Source: an uncultured delta proteobacterium
GTDB taxonomy: Bacteria; Myxococcota_A; Polyangia; Haliangiales; Haliangiaceae
Assembly: GCA_963848295.1 (NCBI GenBank)
Contig: CAWKDB010000010.1
Location: 2,336,001 to 2,400,000 of the forward strand
DNA length: 64,000 nucleotides
Direction: 5' to 3'
The notes beneath the pieces are model-generated. The model saw only the letters and a program-made list of their open reading frames with translations, ran no database searches and was not told where the DNA came from. This document shows, one piece after another, positions 29,164 through 38,471 of this stretch. Both the position numbers and the translations under genes were made by a program. How positions within the stretch are numbered: position 1 is the first letter of the stretch; every line of letters begins with the position of its first letter.

Positions 29164-30093
29164 TCACTGCTTGCGAAATCGAGCGGTCTCGCCGGCGTTC
29201 TCGCCGTGCGCGACGAGCACCGAGCACGGCGCGTGGCGAATCGTGCTCTCGGCGACGCTGCCGAGCAGCAGCCGGCGAAACCCGCTGTGGCCGTGCGTGC
29301 CGACGGCGATCAGATCGTGACCGCCCTGCTCCGCCGCGTGAGTGATCACCGACGGTGCCGGCCCTTGCACGAGCTCGACGTGCAACGGGTGACCAAGGTT
29401 GGCGTGGGCCGCGACGAGCTTGTCGGCTTGGCTCTTCGCCGAAGACAACACCGCGTCGCGCACCGTCGACCACGGGAACCGCGCCTGGCCGAGCAATGTC
29501 GCGCCCCACGAGCCGGCCGGCAGCTGCCACGCGTGGATGATCTCGATCGGGGCGCCGGCGTCCGCGAGCATCGCGGTATGGGTGAGCGCGCGCGTCGCGG
29601 CGGGCGAGAAGTCGGTCGCGACCAACGGCCGCTTGAATCCGGTCGCGCTGGTCGGGCCTCGGCAGACGAGCACGTCGCACGGCGCGAGCCGCAACGTCGC
29701 GGTCGCGACGCTGCCGAGCAGGAACCGCGAGATCCCCGTAGCGCCATGGGTGGCGACCACGAGCAACTCGGCGCGGCGGTCTTCGGCGACGGTCGCGAGC
29801 AGCTCGGCCGGAGGGCCGACGCGGCTGACCAGCTCGGTGTCGACGCCTCGCGCTTTGATCGCGACGAGCTGCTCGGCGAGCCGGCGAGCGGACTCCGCGT
29901 GCACCGCGGCCGAGACCTCCCCGAGCTGCTTCAGTAGGTCGTTCGAGGCGTTCTCGATCGGCTCGTCGGTCGACAGCGCATGAACCACGACGAGCTTCGC
30001 GCGATGCTGCAAGGCGAGCCCGACGGCGCGCTCGAGCGCCTGGTCGCTCATCGCCGAGAGATCCACGCCGACGATGATCGTGGTGAGCGCCAT
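29164..30093 (-). CDS. Tandem universal stress protein
   Basis: Two Usp domains: THGATGISRFLLGSVA and GTHGHSGFRRLLLGSVAE. Confidence 0.93.
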   Translation of the reverse strand: MALTTIIVGVDLSAMSDQALERAVGLALQHRAKLVVVHALSTDEPIENASNDLLKQLGEVSAAVHAESARRLAEQLVAIKARGVDTELVSRVGPPAELLATVAEDRRAELLVVATHGATGISRFLLGSVATATLRLAPCDVLVCRGPTSATGFKRPLVATDFSPAATRALTHTAMLADAGAPIEIIHAWQLPAGSWGATLLGQARFPWSTVRDAVLSSAKSQADKLVAAHANLGHPLHVELVQGPAPSVITHAAEQGGHDLIAVGTHGHSGFRRLLLGSVAESTIRHAPCSVLVAHGENAGETARFRKQ

Positions 30094-30194
30094 CTCAGCG
30101 CTCCGATTCGGCTAGCGAGCCCGTGAACGCGAGCGTCAGCTTCGACAGCGCCATTGGCCGACGCTATCATCCACGCCGCGCGAGTCAACCGCGA

Positions 30195-31883
30195 TCACGG
30201 GCAGGCCGCGTTCGGAGCTTTCGGTGTGCCCAGGTTCACGCCGTCGCCGTACGCGGTCGTGCCGGGGCAGAAATTCGCCGCGGTATCGTTCGAGGTCTCG
30301 TCGAGCTTGCTCGGATCGAGCTGCGCCGACACGCCATCGGTCGACCGCGACCAGGTCACGGCATCGAGCACGGTCGTGCCCGCGAGCACCCGTACGTCAC
30401 CGGCCGTGTTGACCATCGTGAAGCCGAACGTCGCGTCGACCGCCGGCAACATGCCGTTGCTCGCCGGGTCCGACGAGTGCGCGAACAGCGCGTAGCCACC
30501 GGGCGCGACCGGCTTGCACTCCGGCGACGAGATCACGTCCGGCACGCGCGTATCGCTGACGCGATCGAGCCCGAGCCCGTTGAGATCGAATGCCGCGCTG
30601 CTCGTGTTCGTGATCTCGAACCACTCTTCTTCAGGCTCGACCTTCGGATTCGGCATGATCTCGCTGATCACGAGCGCGCCGGTCAGCGGCGGCACGATCG
30701 CGCGCGACAGGCCGCTGACCAGATCCGTGCACATGCCGGGCGGCGGCTGCGACGAGCACGCGAGGTTGTCGGCGGCGGGCGTGCCGAGGTCGCCGAGCCC
30801 GTACGGTTCGGTGCCATCGCAGAAGTTCGCTTCGTCGTCGTTCTGTTGCGGATCGATGTGCGCTGGATCGAGCTGGCGCGACGCGCCGTTCGTCGAGTGG
30901 GTCCACGTGACCGAGTCGATCACCGTGTCGCCGGCCAGGATGCGGACATCACCGGGCGCATCGACCGTGCCCGCGATCAACGAGAACGTGAACGTCCCGG
31001 CGACGACGCCATCCGGCAAGCCTCCGTTGAACGCGGTATCGACCGACTTCGCGAACAGCGCGTAGCCGCCGGCCGGCACGTGCAAGCAATCGGTGCCGCC
31101 GACGAGGTCGGGCTGCTTCGTGTCGGCGGCGCGATCGAGGCGCAAGCCGACGAGGTCGACGTCGGTCATCGCGCGCGCTTCGAACCACTCGCCATCGGCA
31201 TCGGGCACCTTCGACGGGCTCGGCATCACCTCGCTGATCACGAGGTCGCCCGGCGTCGGCGTCATGACCATGCGCGTCGAGCCGTTGTCGAGGCACTGAC
31301 CGATCGCGACCGGGATGCAATCGTTGTCTTGGCCCGGCGTCCCGAAGTTTCCGGGCTCGAACTCGTTGACGTTGTCGACGCACCAGTTGGCCTGGTCGTC
31401 GTTGAAGCTCGCGTCCGGCGAGGACTCGGCCGAGAGCTCGCGCGAGTGGCCCGGGTCGACCATCCCGTAGGTCGTCGTATCGATCGTGGTGTCGCCGCAC
31501 GCGAGCGAGAGCGTCCCTCCGGTGTTCGCGAGCTGCCCGAGATCGTCGCCGTAGCCGTACTCGACCCACGGCAGTGTCGCGTCCTGCGCGGTATCACCGA
31601 GTGTGAAGAACTGCCCCGGCGCGATCACGATCTCCGCCATGACGTGGCGCTTGTCGTTCGAGCCATCGGCATCGCCGTGGATCAGCGTCAGGCCCTCGAG
31701 CTCGATCGGCTGGTCGGCGCTGTTGTAGATCTCGAACCACTCGCGACCAGCGTCGCCGTTCGAAGGGTCCGCGAAGATCTCGCTGATCACGAGATCGCCC
31801 GGCGCGATCATATCCGTACATTGTGCCGGCCGACTCGAGGGTCGACACGCGGCGAACGCGAACGCGACAATCAGCCAGCGCAT
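30195..31883 (-). CDS. Lipoprotein with three lamin-tail-like domains
   Basis: Three repeats of LVISE(I/V)xxxP...EWFE...GTP; FAAC lipobox. Confidence 0.85.
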   Translation of the reverse strand: MRWLIVAFAFAACRPSSRPAQCTDMIAPGDLVISEIFADPSNGDAGREWFEIYNSADQPIELEGLTLIHGDADGSNDKRHVMAEIVIAPGQFFTLGDTAQDATLPWVEYGYGDDLGQLANTGGTLSLACGDTTIDTTTYGMVDPGHSRELSAESSPDASFNDDQANWCVDNVNEFEPGNFGTPGQDNDCIPVAIGQCLDNGSTRMVMTPTPGDLVISEVMPSPSKVPDADGEWFEARAMTDVDLVGLRLDRAADTKQPDLVGGTDCLHVPAGGYALFAKSVDTAFNGGLPDGVVAGTFTFSLIAGTVDAPGDVRILAGDTVIDSVTWTHSTNGASRQLDPAHIDPQQNDDEANFCDGTEPYGLGDLGTPAADNLACSSQPPPGMCTDLVSGLSRAIVPPLTGALVISEIMPNPKVEPEEEWFEITNTSSAAFDLNGLGLDRVSDTRVPDVISSPECKPVAPGGYALFAHSSDPASNGMLPAVDATFGFTMVNTAGDVRVLAGTTVLDAVTWSRSTDGVSAQLDPSKLDETSNDTAANFCPGTTAYGDGVNLGTPKAPNAACP

Positions 31884-31941
31884 GACGGCGCTATCGACCG
31901 GTAGCGTTCGCGGTTGCGGGCTCACGTAGACCTGCGATTTC

Positions 31942-32820
31942 TCAGCGGGTCGAGATGTAGACGTCTTTGGTGCCGAGCGCGTCGCTCGCGTAGACGAACG
32001 TATGGAGATCCTGCGAGATCCAGCCGTCCTCTTCGTCGAAGGTGTCGGTGTCGAACGGCGGGACCAGGCTCGGAGGATCGAACGGATCGTTCACGGTCGG
32101 GCGGGTCGACGTGTAGATGTCGGTCGTGGCGCCGCGGTTCGATGCGAAGTAGACGGTAAGGCAGTCCTTCGACAAGAAGGTCGACTGCTCGTTCGAGGTC
32201 GTGTTGAGCTCGGCCACCGCCGTGCCCAGCCCGCTCCCGAGCGTGCCCTGGAACAGGTCCTGATCGCCGGCCGCGGTCGCGCGACTGACCATGAACACGT
32301 TGTTGTCGCAGACCGCGAGCCACTTCTCGTACTTCGTCGGATCATTGACCGATGTGACCGCGACCGGGACCCCCCAGGGGCTGCCGACGTCGGCGCGGGT
32401 CGTCATGTAGATGTCGCCGTTGCGGCCGAAGTAGAGGATCTTGTCGTCGTAGGACAGGCGCGGGCTCTCTTCGGCCACGGTCGTGTTCACCGCCGCCACC
32501 GCGACCGCGGGGCCCCACGGATCCTGCGCGGTCGCGCGCGTCAGCACGAAGATGTCGTTGCTATCGCCGGCCACCGACTTCTTGAAGTACAGCTCGGTCA
32601 GCGTCGAGTTCAGCGTGCAGTCGTCCTCGTTGGTGGTCGACAGATCGGCGCCATCGACGAGCTGCGCCGCGCCCCACGGTCCGAGCGCATCCGGCATCTG
32701 GGTATCGCGCGCGACATCGAGCGGGTTCGCGTCGGACGCGACCGAATCGCTCGGAGCACCGCCCAGCGACGCACCGCACGCGGCGAGCGCCATGGCCCCC
32801 AGCGCGATCCGGCAGCGCAT
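31942..32820 (-). CDS. Lipoprotein with PD40/TolB-like repeats
   Basis: LAAC lipobox; repeated LSxD..LYF.SxR...DIY.STR units. Confidence 0.75.
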   Translation of the reverse strand: MRCRIALGAMALAACGASLGGAPSDSVASDANPLDVARDTQMPDALGPWGAAQLVDGADLSTTNEDDCTLNSTLTELYFKKSVAGDSNDIFVLTRATAQDPWGPAVAVAAVNTTVAEESPRLSYDDKILYFGRNGDIYMTTRADVGSPWGVPVAVTSVNDPTKYEKWLAVCDNNVFMVSRATAAGDQDLFQGTLGSGLGTAVAELNTTSNEQSTFLSKDCLTVYFASNRGATTDIYTSTRPTVNDPFDPPSLVPPFDTDTFDEEDGWISQDLHTFVYASDALGTKDVYISTR

Positions 32821-32980
32821 AACTAATGATAACCGCTGGCTCGCCAAAGTGGGCAGAAACTGCCGCGAACTCCTCGACGATCGAGGCGGGTCGGGCGATC
32901 TGCCTCGACTGTGGTGCGGCCTTCACGGCGTCGGCGACCGTCGCGATGTGCACGGCTGCGTAACCTCTCGGCATTGTCGC

Positions 32981-32996
32981 TGGTACCGAGTTTGCT
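32981..32996 (+). promoter_or_regulatory. sigma54 -24/-12 promoter
   Basis: TGGTACCGAGTTTGCT = GG-N10-GC; followed by AGGAGG and ATG 33025. Confidence 0.65.
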
Positions 32997-33024
32997 CATC
33001 ACCGCGATCCTAGGAGGATTGCAG

Positions 33025-33360
33025 ATGCAGCTTAAGAACGCGCTCGTCAGTCTGTTGTTCGCCGGTGTCGCGGCTGGAGCCGCCGGCTGTGTAGGCGAAG
33101 GTCAGGTCGCGGTTGCCGGCCCGACGGCGGAAGTCGAAGTCGATGCCGAACCACCACCGCCGCCGGCGGGGGAGATCGTCGTGTCGGCACCGCGGCCGGG
33201 GTTCGTGTGGATCGAAGGTCGCCACCGCTGGGTCGGTGGTCGTTGGGTGTGGGAGCGCGGTCGTTACGAGCGCGAACGCGCGGGCTATCACTACGTGCAA
33301 GCTCGCTACGAGATGCGCGGCCGACGCCGCGTGTGGATCGAAGGCGGCTGGCGGCGGTAG
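33025..33360 (+). CDS. YXWGXW-repeat-like lipoprotein
   Basis: AAGC lipobox; PRPGFVWIEGRHRW, WVWERGRY, VWIEGGW. Confidence 0.8.
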   Translation: MQLKNALVSLLFAGVAAGAAGCVGEGQVAVAGPTAEVEVDAEPPPPPAGEIVVSAPRPGFVWIEGRHRWVGGRWVWERGRYERERAGYHYVQARYEMRGRRRVWIEGGWRR

Positions 33361-33371
33361 TCTGCGGGGCC

Positions 33372-34469
33372 TTGCATCGGCTCCTGGGATTCGTCGCGGC
33401 GCTCGTGTTGGCGGGCTGTAGCCGTAGCCCCGCGCCGCCAGCGCCGATCGCGATCGATCCCGCGACCGCTGCGACCTATCTGCGGACGTGCGCGCCGTGT
33501 CACGGCGCCGATGGGCACGGTTACGCGGCCGATCACGCGCCCTCGCTCGTGACCTCGACGTTTCTCGAGAGCGCGAGCGACGAGTTCCTGAAACGCTCGA
33601 TCGTCTACGGCCGGCCCGGGACGGCGATGGCAGCGTACGGCAAGGCGATGGGCGGCCCGCTGGACGACGCGAGCATCACCAAGCTCGTCGGGTGGCTGCG
33701 GGCGCATGGTCCGGCGGCGAAGGCGTTGGCCAGCGCGTCGAACACCGGCGATCCGGCTCGCGGTGCTCCGCTCTACGCGCAGCGCTGCCAGCCATGCCAC
33801 GGCGACCGCGACACGCGCGGCGAAGGCGTGCACCTCGCCAATACGAAGTTCTTGGCGCTCGCGTCGAATGCGTTCATCCGCTACGCGATCGTCAACGGCC
33901 GGCCCGGCACGAAGATGCTGCCGTTCGGCGCGACGCTGACCGGCGAGAACATCGACGACCTCGTCGCGTACATCCGGAAGTTCGCGGTGGCCAAGACGGT
34001 CGGCTCGCTGCCCCCTCCGACCGGGACCGAGCCGCTCGTGCTCAACCCGAAGGGGCCGCCGGCGGTGTTCGAGCTCAAAGAAGATCGCTACGTCGCGGCC
34101 GAACAAGTCGCGACCGCGCTCGCGCAGCACGCCCGGCTCGTCATCATCGACGCGCGTCCGGCGTCGGATTGGATGCGCGTCCACATCACCGGCGCGGTCT
34201 CGATCCCGTACCTCGACATGAAGCGGCTCGACGAGCTGACCAACGACGGCACGTGGATCGTCGCGTATTGCGCGTGCCCGCACCACCTGTCGGGCCTCGT
34301 CGTCGACGAGTTGCGCAAGCGCGGGTTCAAGCATGCGGTCGTGCTCGACGAAGGCATCCTCGAGTGGCATCGTCGTGGCTATCCGGTCGTCGCGGCACCC
34401 GGCGTCGAGCCACCGCCGAAACAGCTCCCACCTCCGCCGCCGCCGCCGCCGCCGGCACTTCGTCCGTAG
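33372..34469 (+). CDS. Lipoprotein: two c-type cytochrome domains fused to a rhodanese domain
   Basis: LAGC lipobox; CAPCH and CQPCH, each with a PGTxM ligand; rhodanese IIDAR, HITGAVSIP, YCACPH. Start TTG 33372 inferred. Confidence 0.85.
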   Translation: MHRLLGFVAALVLAGCSRSPAPPAPIAIDPATAATYLRTCAPCHGADGHGYAADHAPSLVTSTFLESASDEFLKRSIVYGRPGTAMAAYGKAMGGPLDDASITKLVGWLRAHGPAAKALASASNTGDPARGAPLYAQRCQPCHGDRDTRGEGVHLANTKFLALASNAFIRYAIVNGRPGTKMLPFGATLTGENIDDLVAYIRKFAVAKTVGSLPPPTGTEPLVLNPKGPPAVFELKEDRYVAAEQVATALAQHARLVIIDARPASDWMRVHITGAVSIPYLDMKRLDELTNDGTWIVAYCACPHHLSGLVVDELRKRGFKHAVVLDEGILEWHRRGYPVVAAPGVEPPPKQLPPPPPPPPPALRP

Positions 34470-34557
34470 CCCCGAGGCCAATCGAACGATCGGCTGTCTG
34501 CGCGGAGCGAAGGACGGCCGAACCCTCAGGCCGAGGGGGCCCCGTTTGCGGGACTAC
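34466..34557. repeat. REP/REPIN-like intergenic element with GTAG termini
   Basis: Inverted termini GTAGCCCCG / CGGGACTAC (8 of 9 match); internal hairpins TCGGCTGTC..GACGGCCGA, CCCTC-AGGCC-GAGGG, CCCG-TTTG-CGGG. Confidence 0.4.
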
Positions 34558-35516
34558 GACGCCTTCGCCGCGAGAGCCTCTTCGGCGAGCTCGTCGAAGC
34601 TCATCCGCTGACTGCGCGCGAGCTCGGCCGGCGTGAACAAGAACTTCGCGGCGCGCGGATCGGCGCCCATCGCGCGCAGCAGCGCCGGGCCGAAGATCCG
34701 GCCGAGCACCGGCTGGTTGTAGAGCCACTGCATCGCGCGCATGAACCGCGAGAACGGCGTGCGCGCGACCGTCGGCTTGCGCGTGATCAGCTGGATCCGC
34801 TTGAACGCCTCCGCCATCCGCCGGCCCGACGGATCCGTGTGATCCATCGGCGCGACGAACACCTCCTGCAGGAACGGCTTGGCGTGCCACATCATCGTGA
34901 CCAGGGCACGGGCGCCCGACACGAGCTCGCGAGGCGATGGCAGCGGCCGAGCGCGAATCTCCGCGAGGTGCTCGTCGGACGAGTACAGCTCGGTCATGTG
35001 AAAGTCGACCGCGATGTGGCGGCTCTCGTCGCGGTTGATCAGGTGCATCGCCCGCCGGCTCATGTCGTCAGCGACGTAATCGTCGAGCGAGCGCAACAGG
35101 GCGACGTCGAGGATCAGCTCGCCCGACGTGATGTACGCGTTCGCGATCTCCGGCGAGGTCCGGCGCACGAGCGCCAGGAAGTGCGGCCGGAACCGCGTGA
35201 GCGAAGCGCTCTCGGCGTACGCGCGGTAGCGGTGCACGTCGTAGTGGTCGGCGAGCCGGGCCGCGACCGCGGAGTGACGCTTCTCGTCGGCGACGAACGT
35301 CGCGAAGATCTTAGCGAGCGTCGGATCGTTCGTCTTTTCGCGTTGCACCTCGAACAGCGCGCCGGCGAGGAGCTCGATGCCGGCCATGTCGGTGAAGTAC
35401 TGCACCACCGCCTGCTCTTTTTCCCGAGGCAGCTCGGGCGGCGGCAGGGACCAGTCGAGATCGTCGATCGACCACTGATCGCGGATGCACTTGTCGAGCA
35501 TGCGGCCCAGGTCCAT
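34554..35516 (-). CDS. Ferritin-like diiron protein (desaturase/AurF-like)
   Basis: Two ExxH motifs (DEKRH, DESRH) plus GIE and GE ligand positions. Confidence 0.8.
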   Translation of the reverse strand: MDLGRMLDKCIRDQWSIDDLDWSLPPPELPREKEQAVVQYFTDMAGIELLAGALFEVQREKTNDPTLAKIFATFVADEKRHSAVAARLADHYDVHRYRAYAESASLTRFRPHFLALVRRTSPEIANAYITSGELILDVALLRSLDDYVADDMSRRAMHLINRDESRHIAVDFHMTELYSSDEHLAEIRARPLPSPRELVSGARALVTMMWHAKPFLQEVFVAPMDHTDPSGRRMAEAFKRIQLITRKPTVARTPFSRFMRAMQWLYNQPVLGRIFGPALLRAMGADPRAAKFLFTPAELARSQRMSFDELAEEALAAKAS

Positions 35517-35546
35517 GACCTCACCATTTTACTGCATACTCGACGC

Positions 35547-37025
35547 GTGAGACGCGCGGTCTTTGCGCTGGCGGGGCTTGCCTTCGCCGGCGCCTGCGGC
35601 AATGGCGGCACGCCCGACGGCGGCACGCTGGCCAAGATCAAGGCGCGCGGCGAGATCGTGTGGGCGGCGGACGTCCAGGGCGGCGAGCCGTACGTCTATG
35701 AAGATCCTGACAATCCGACCCAGGTCATCGGCTTCGAGGTCGACATCATGAACGCGATCGCGCGCCGGCTCGGCATCAAGGCGCGCACCGTTCAGTACAA
35801 CTGGTCGAACCTGGTGCCGTCGCTCGAGCGCGGCGACTACGACGTCGCGATGAACGGGCTCGAGGCGACCGGGGACCGGCGCGAGCGCATCTTGTTGTCG
35901 GACCCGTACTACGTCTACGCCGAGACGCTCACCGTTCGCAACGACGCGCCGTATCGCTCGATCTTCGAGCTCGCCGGCAAACGCGTCGGCACGCTGAACC
36001 AGACGTTCGCCCACGACATCTTGCGAATGATCCCGACGATCGAGCCGGTGCTCTACGAGGGCAACGACGAGCCGTACCGCGATCTCGAGGACAAGCGCAC
36101 CGACGCGGTGCTGCTCGACGACGTGATCGCGAATCGCTACGGCTGCACGCCGCAACACCCGATGCTGAAGTGCGTCCCGTACGACGTCGCGCGCGGCACC
36201 TACGTGATCGGCATCCGCAAGAGCGATCCCGAGCTCAAGGCGGCGATCGACGGCGCGTTACGAGCCATGAAAAACGATGGCGAGCTCGAGCGGATCTTGC
36301 GCAAGGCCAAGCTGTGGAACGCGCGCCAGACCGACGATGCCGAGGAGACGGTCGCGAACGTTCGGCCGCGCCACTTCGACTTCGATCAGCTCGAGCTGTT
36401 CGCGTCGGCCGCGGTCGTCACGCTCGGCCTGTCGCTCGCCGCGTTCTTGCTCGCCGTGCCGATCGGGATCGCGCTCGCGGTCGCGCGCGTCTACGGTGGG
36501 CGCTTCGCCGGCGCGCTCGCGCGGATCTACATCGAGCTGTTTCGCGGCACGCCGGTGCTGCTCCAGCTCTACGTCCTCTACTACGGCCTCGCGCCGTATT
36601 ACAGCCTCGGGCCGATCCAGGCCGCGATCTTGGGCCTCGGCCTCAACTACGGCGCGTACGAAGCCGAGGTCTATCGCGGCGCGCTGCTCGCGATCCCGCG
36701 CGGACAGACCGAAGCGGCCAAGGCGCTCGGCCTCGGGCCGCGCCAGATCTTGCGCCACGTGCTCGTGCCCCAGGCGCTGCGGCTCGCGCTGCCGCCGATG
36801 ACGAACGACTTCGTGTCCCTGCTCAAGGACAGCTCGCTGGTCAGCGTGATCACCGTGATCGAGCTGACCAAGCGGATGACGATCGCCTCGGTCGATCTGC
36901 GCGGCTGGCTCTTGCCCGGCCTCGCGTGCGCGGCGTTCTACCTGCTGCTGAGCCTGCCGCTGTCGGAGATCGCGCGGCGGCTCGAGAGGAGGTTGGCGCG
37001 TGATCAGCGTCCGCAAGCTCTCTAA
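35547..37025 (+). CDS. Polar amino-acid ABC transporter, fused substrate-binding and permease domains
   Basis: FAGAC signal, GFEVD, YIELFRGTPVLLQL, YEAEVYRG, LLKDSSL. Confidence 0.92.
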   Translation: MRRAVFALAGLAFAGACGNGGTPDGGTLAKIKARGEIVWAADVQGGEPYVYEDPDNPTQVIGFEVDIMNAIARRLGIKARTVQYNWSNLVPSLERGDYDVAMNGLEATGDRRERILLSDPYYVYAETLTVRNDAPYRSIFELAGKRVGTLNQTFAHDILRMIPTIEPVLYEGNDEPYRDLEDKRTDAVLLDDVIANRYGCTPQHPMLKCVPYDVARGTYVIGIRKSDPELKAAIDGALRAMKNDGELERILRKAKLWNARQTDDAEETVANVRPRHFDFDQLELFASAAVVTLGLSLAAFLLAVPIGIALAVARVYGGRFAGALARIYIELFRGTPVLLQLYVLYYGLAPYYSLGPIQAAILGLGLNYGAYEAEVYRGALLAIPRGQTEAAKALGLGPRQILRHVLVPQALRLALPPMTNDFVSLLKDSSLVSVITVIELTKRMTIASVDLRGWLLPGLACAAFYLLLSLPLSEIARRLERRLARDQRPQAL

Positions 37026-37743
37026 GGCGCACGGCGCGCGCAAGGTGCTGCACGAGCTGTCCGCCGACGTGAAGCCGGGCGAGACGATCGCGGTCGTCGG
37101 GCCATCGGGCGGCGGCAAGTCGACGCTGTTGCGCTGCATGAACTACCTCGAGGCGTTCGACGGTGGCTCGATCGAGATCGCCGGGGTCGAGCTGGTCCCG
37201 GACATGGGCCGCAAGCATCGCGAGCGCCTGCGCGTGCTGCGAACGCGGGTCGGCATGGTGTTCCAGCAGTTCAACCTGTTCCCGCACCTGTCGGCGATCG
37301 ACAACATCACGCTCGCGCCGCGGCTCGTCCGCAAGCTCGCCCCGCGGACCGCCGAGCTGCGCGCCGCCGAGCTGCTCGCCCGGGTCGGGCTCGAGGATCG
37401 CGCGCAGTCGTATCCGCACGAGCTGTCGGGCGGCCAACAACAGCGCGTCGCGATCGCGCGCGCGCTCGCCCAGGACCCCGACGTCATGATGTTCGACGAG
37501 CCGACGAGCGCGCTCGATCCGGAGATGCGCGACGAAGTGATGACCGTGATCCGCGACCTCGCGGCCGGCGGCATGACGATGCTCGTCGTGACCCACGAGA
37601 TGGCGTTCGCGCGCGATATCGCGTCGCGGATCTGGGTGATCGACCGAGGCACGATCGCCGAGGACGGCGCGCCCGCTCAGGTCATCAGCGAGCCGCAGAG
37701 CGCGGTCGCGCGCGACTTCTTCGGCCGGCTGAAACGGCACTGA
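37000..37743 (+). CDS. Amino-acid ABC transporter ATP-binding protein (GlnQ family)
   Basis: GPSGGGKST, MVFQQFNLFPH, LSGGQQQR, FDEPTSALDPE. Confidence 0.93.
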   Translation: MISVRKLSKAHGARKVLHELSADVKPGETIAVVGPSGGGKSTLLRCMNYLEAFDGGSIEIAGVELVPDMGRKHRERLRVLRTRVGMVFQQFNLFPHLSAIDNITLAPRLVRKLAPRTAELRAAELLARVGLEDRAQSYPHELSGGQQQRVAIARALAQDPDVMMFDEPTSALDPEMRDEVMTVIRDLAAGGMTMLVVTHEMAFARDIASRIWVIDRGTIAEDGAPAQVISEPQSAVARDFFGRLKRH

Positions 37744-37746
37744 GCG

Positions 37747-37926
37747 CTAACGCGGCTTCGCCAGGATTCGGCACAGCTCGCTGATCGCGGCCATCTCGCG
37801 AAGTCGTGCCGCGACGCCGTTCGGCGTCATGTCGACCCCGCGCTGCATCGGAGAGGTCTCGACCGCGCTGCGTCTCGCGACCTCGAGCAGCCTCGCGCCG
37901 ACGGCTTCAGGTGTCATCGCCACCAT
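37747..37926 (-). CDS. Small 59-aa protein with an internal repeat; candidate partner of the nucleotidyltransferase
   Basis: Read manually: MVAMTPEAVGARLLEVARRSAVETSPMQRGVDMTPNGVAARLREMAAISELCRILAKPR; AGGAGG upstream; overlaps the NTase stop. Confidence 0.65.
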   Translation of the reverse strand: MVAMTPEAVGARLLEVARRSAVETSPMQRGVDMTPNGVAARLREMAAISELCRILAKPR

Positions 37927-38389
37927 AGGCGACCTCCTGGAGTCGCTGGATATCGACGATGTCTTGCGGCCGCCCGGCGGCGAGCTTCGACGTGATCAGA
38001 CCCTCGCGAGACACGACCGAGAGCTCGCGAACAACCCCATCGGGCGACGCGAACGCGACGCGCGAGCGCGTCCGCCACGCCGAGTCGACGCTCCCCTCGG
38101 CATGGAGCACGTCGAGCATCAGGGTCCGGCCATCGGTCTCGACCTTGGTGAACCGTTGAATCGAGACCCCGCTCGCGAATGTCCTCGGCAGCGCGTCGAG
38201 CGTGAAGCCGCACGATCGCGCCACCTCGCGAAGGCGCGGAACGTCAGCGGCACGGGCGAGAACATCGATGTCCATCGTGGCGCGCGGCGCCCCGTGGATC
38301 GCGAGCGCGATACCGCCGCAGATCGCGTAGTCGATCGCGGCCGCATCGAGTGCGGTCGTCAGAGCCACGACTTCGCCGAACAGATCCAC
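37907..38389 (-). CDS. Nucleotidyltransferase-fold protein
   Basis: YAICGGIALAIHGAPRATMDIDV and LITSKLAAGRPQDIVD; TAAGCT 7 nt before GTG. Confidence 0.85.
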   Translation of the reverse strand: MDLFGEVVALTTALDAAAIDYAICGGIALAIHGAPRATMDIDVLARAADVPRLREVARSCGFTLDALPRTFASGVSIQRFTKVETDGRTLMLDVLHAEGSVDSAWRTRSRVAFASPDGVVRELSVVSREGLITSKLAAGRPQDIVDIQRLQEVAYGGDDT

Positions 38390-38471
38390 GAGATTTAGCT
38401 TAGCGAAGCGCGAGCCACCCGAGATGACGTAACCCGCTTGACCGCCGTCGCGGTCGGGGTGAAAAGACCGC

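Noticed and set aside
30195..31883. Three long internal DNA repeats
   Set aside because: Explained by triplicated lamin-tail-like protein domains; no CRISPR-like repeat-spacer structure.
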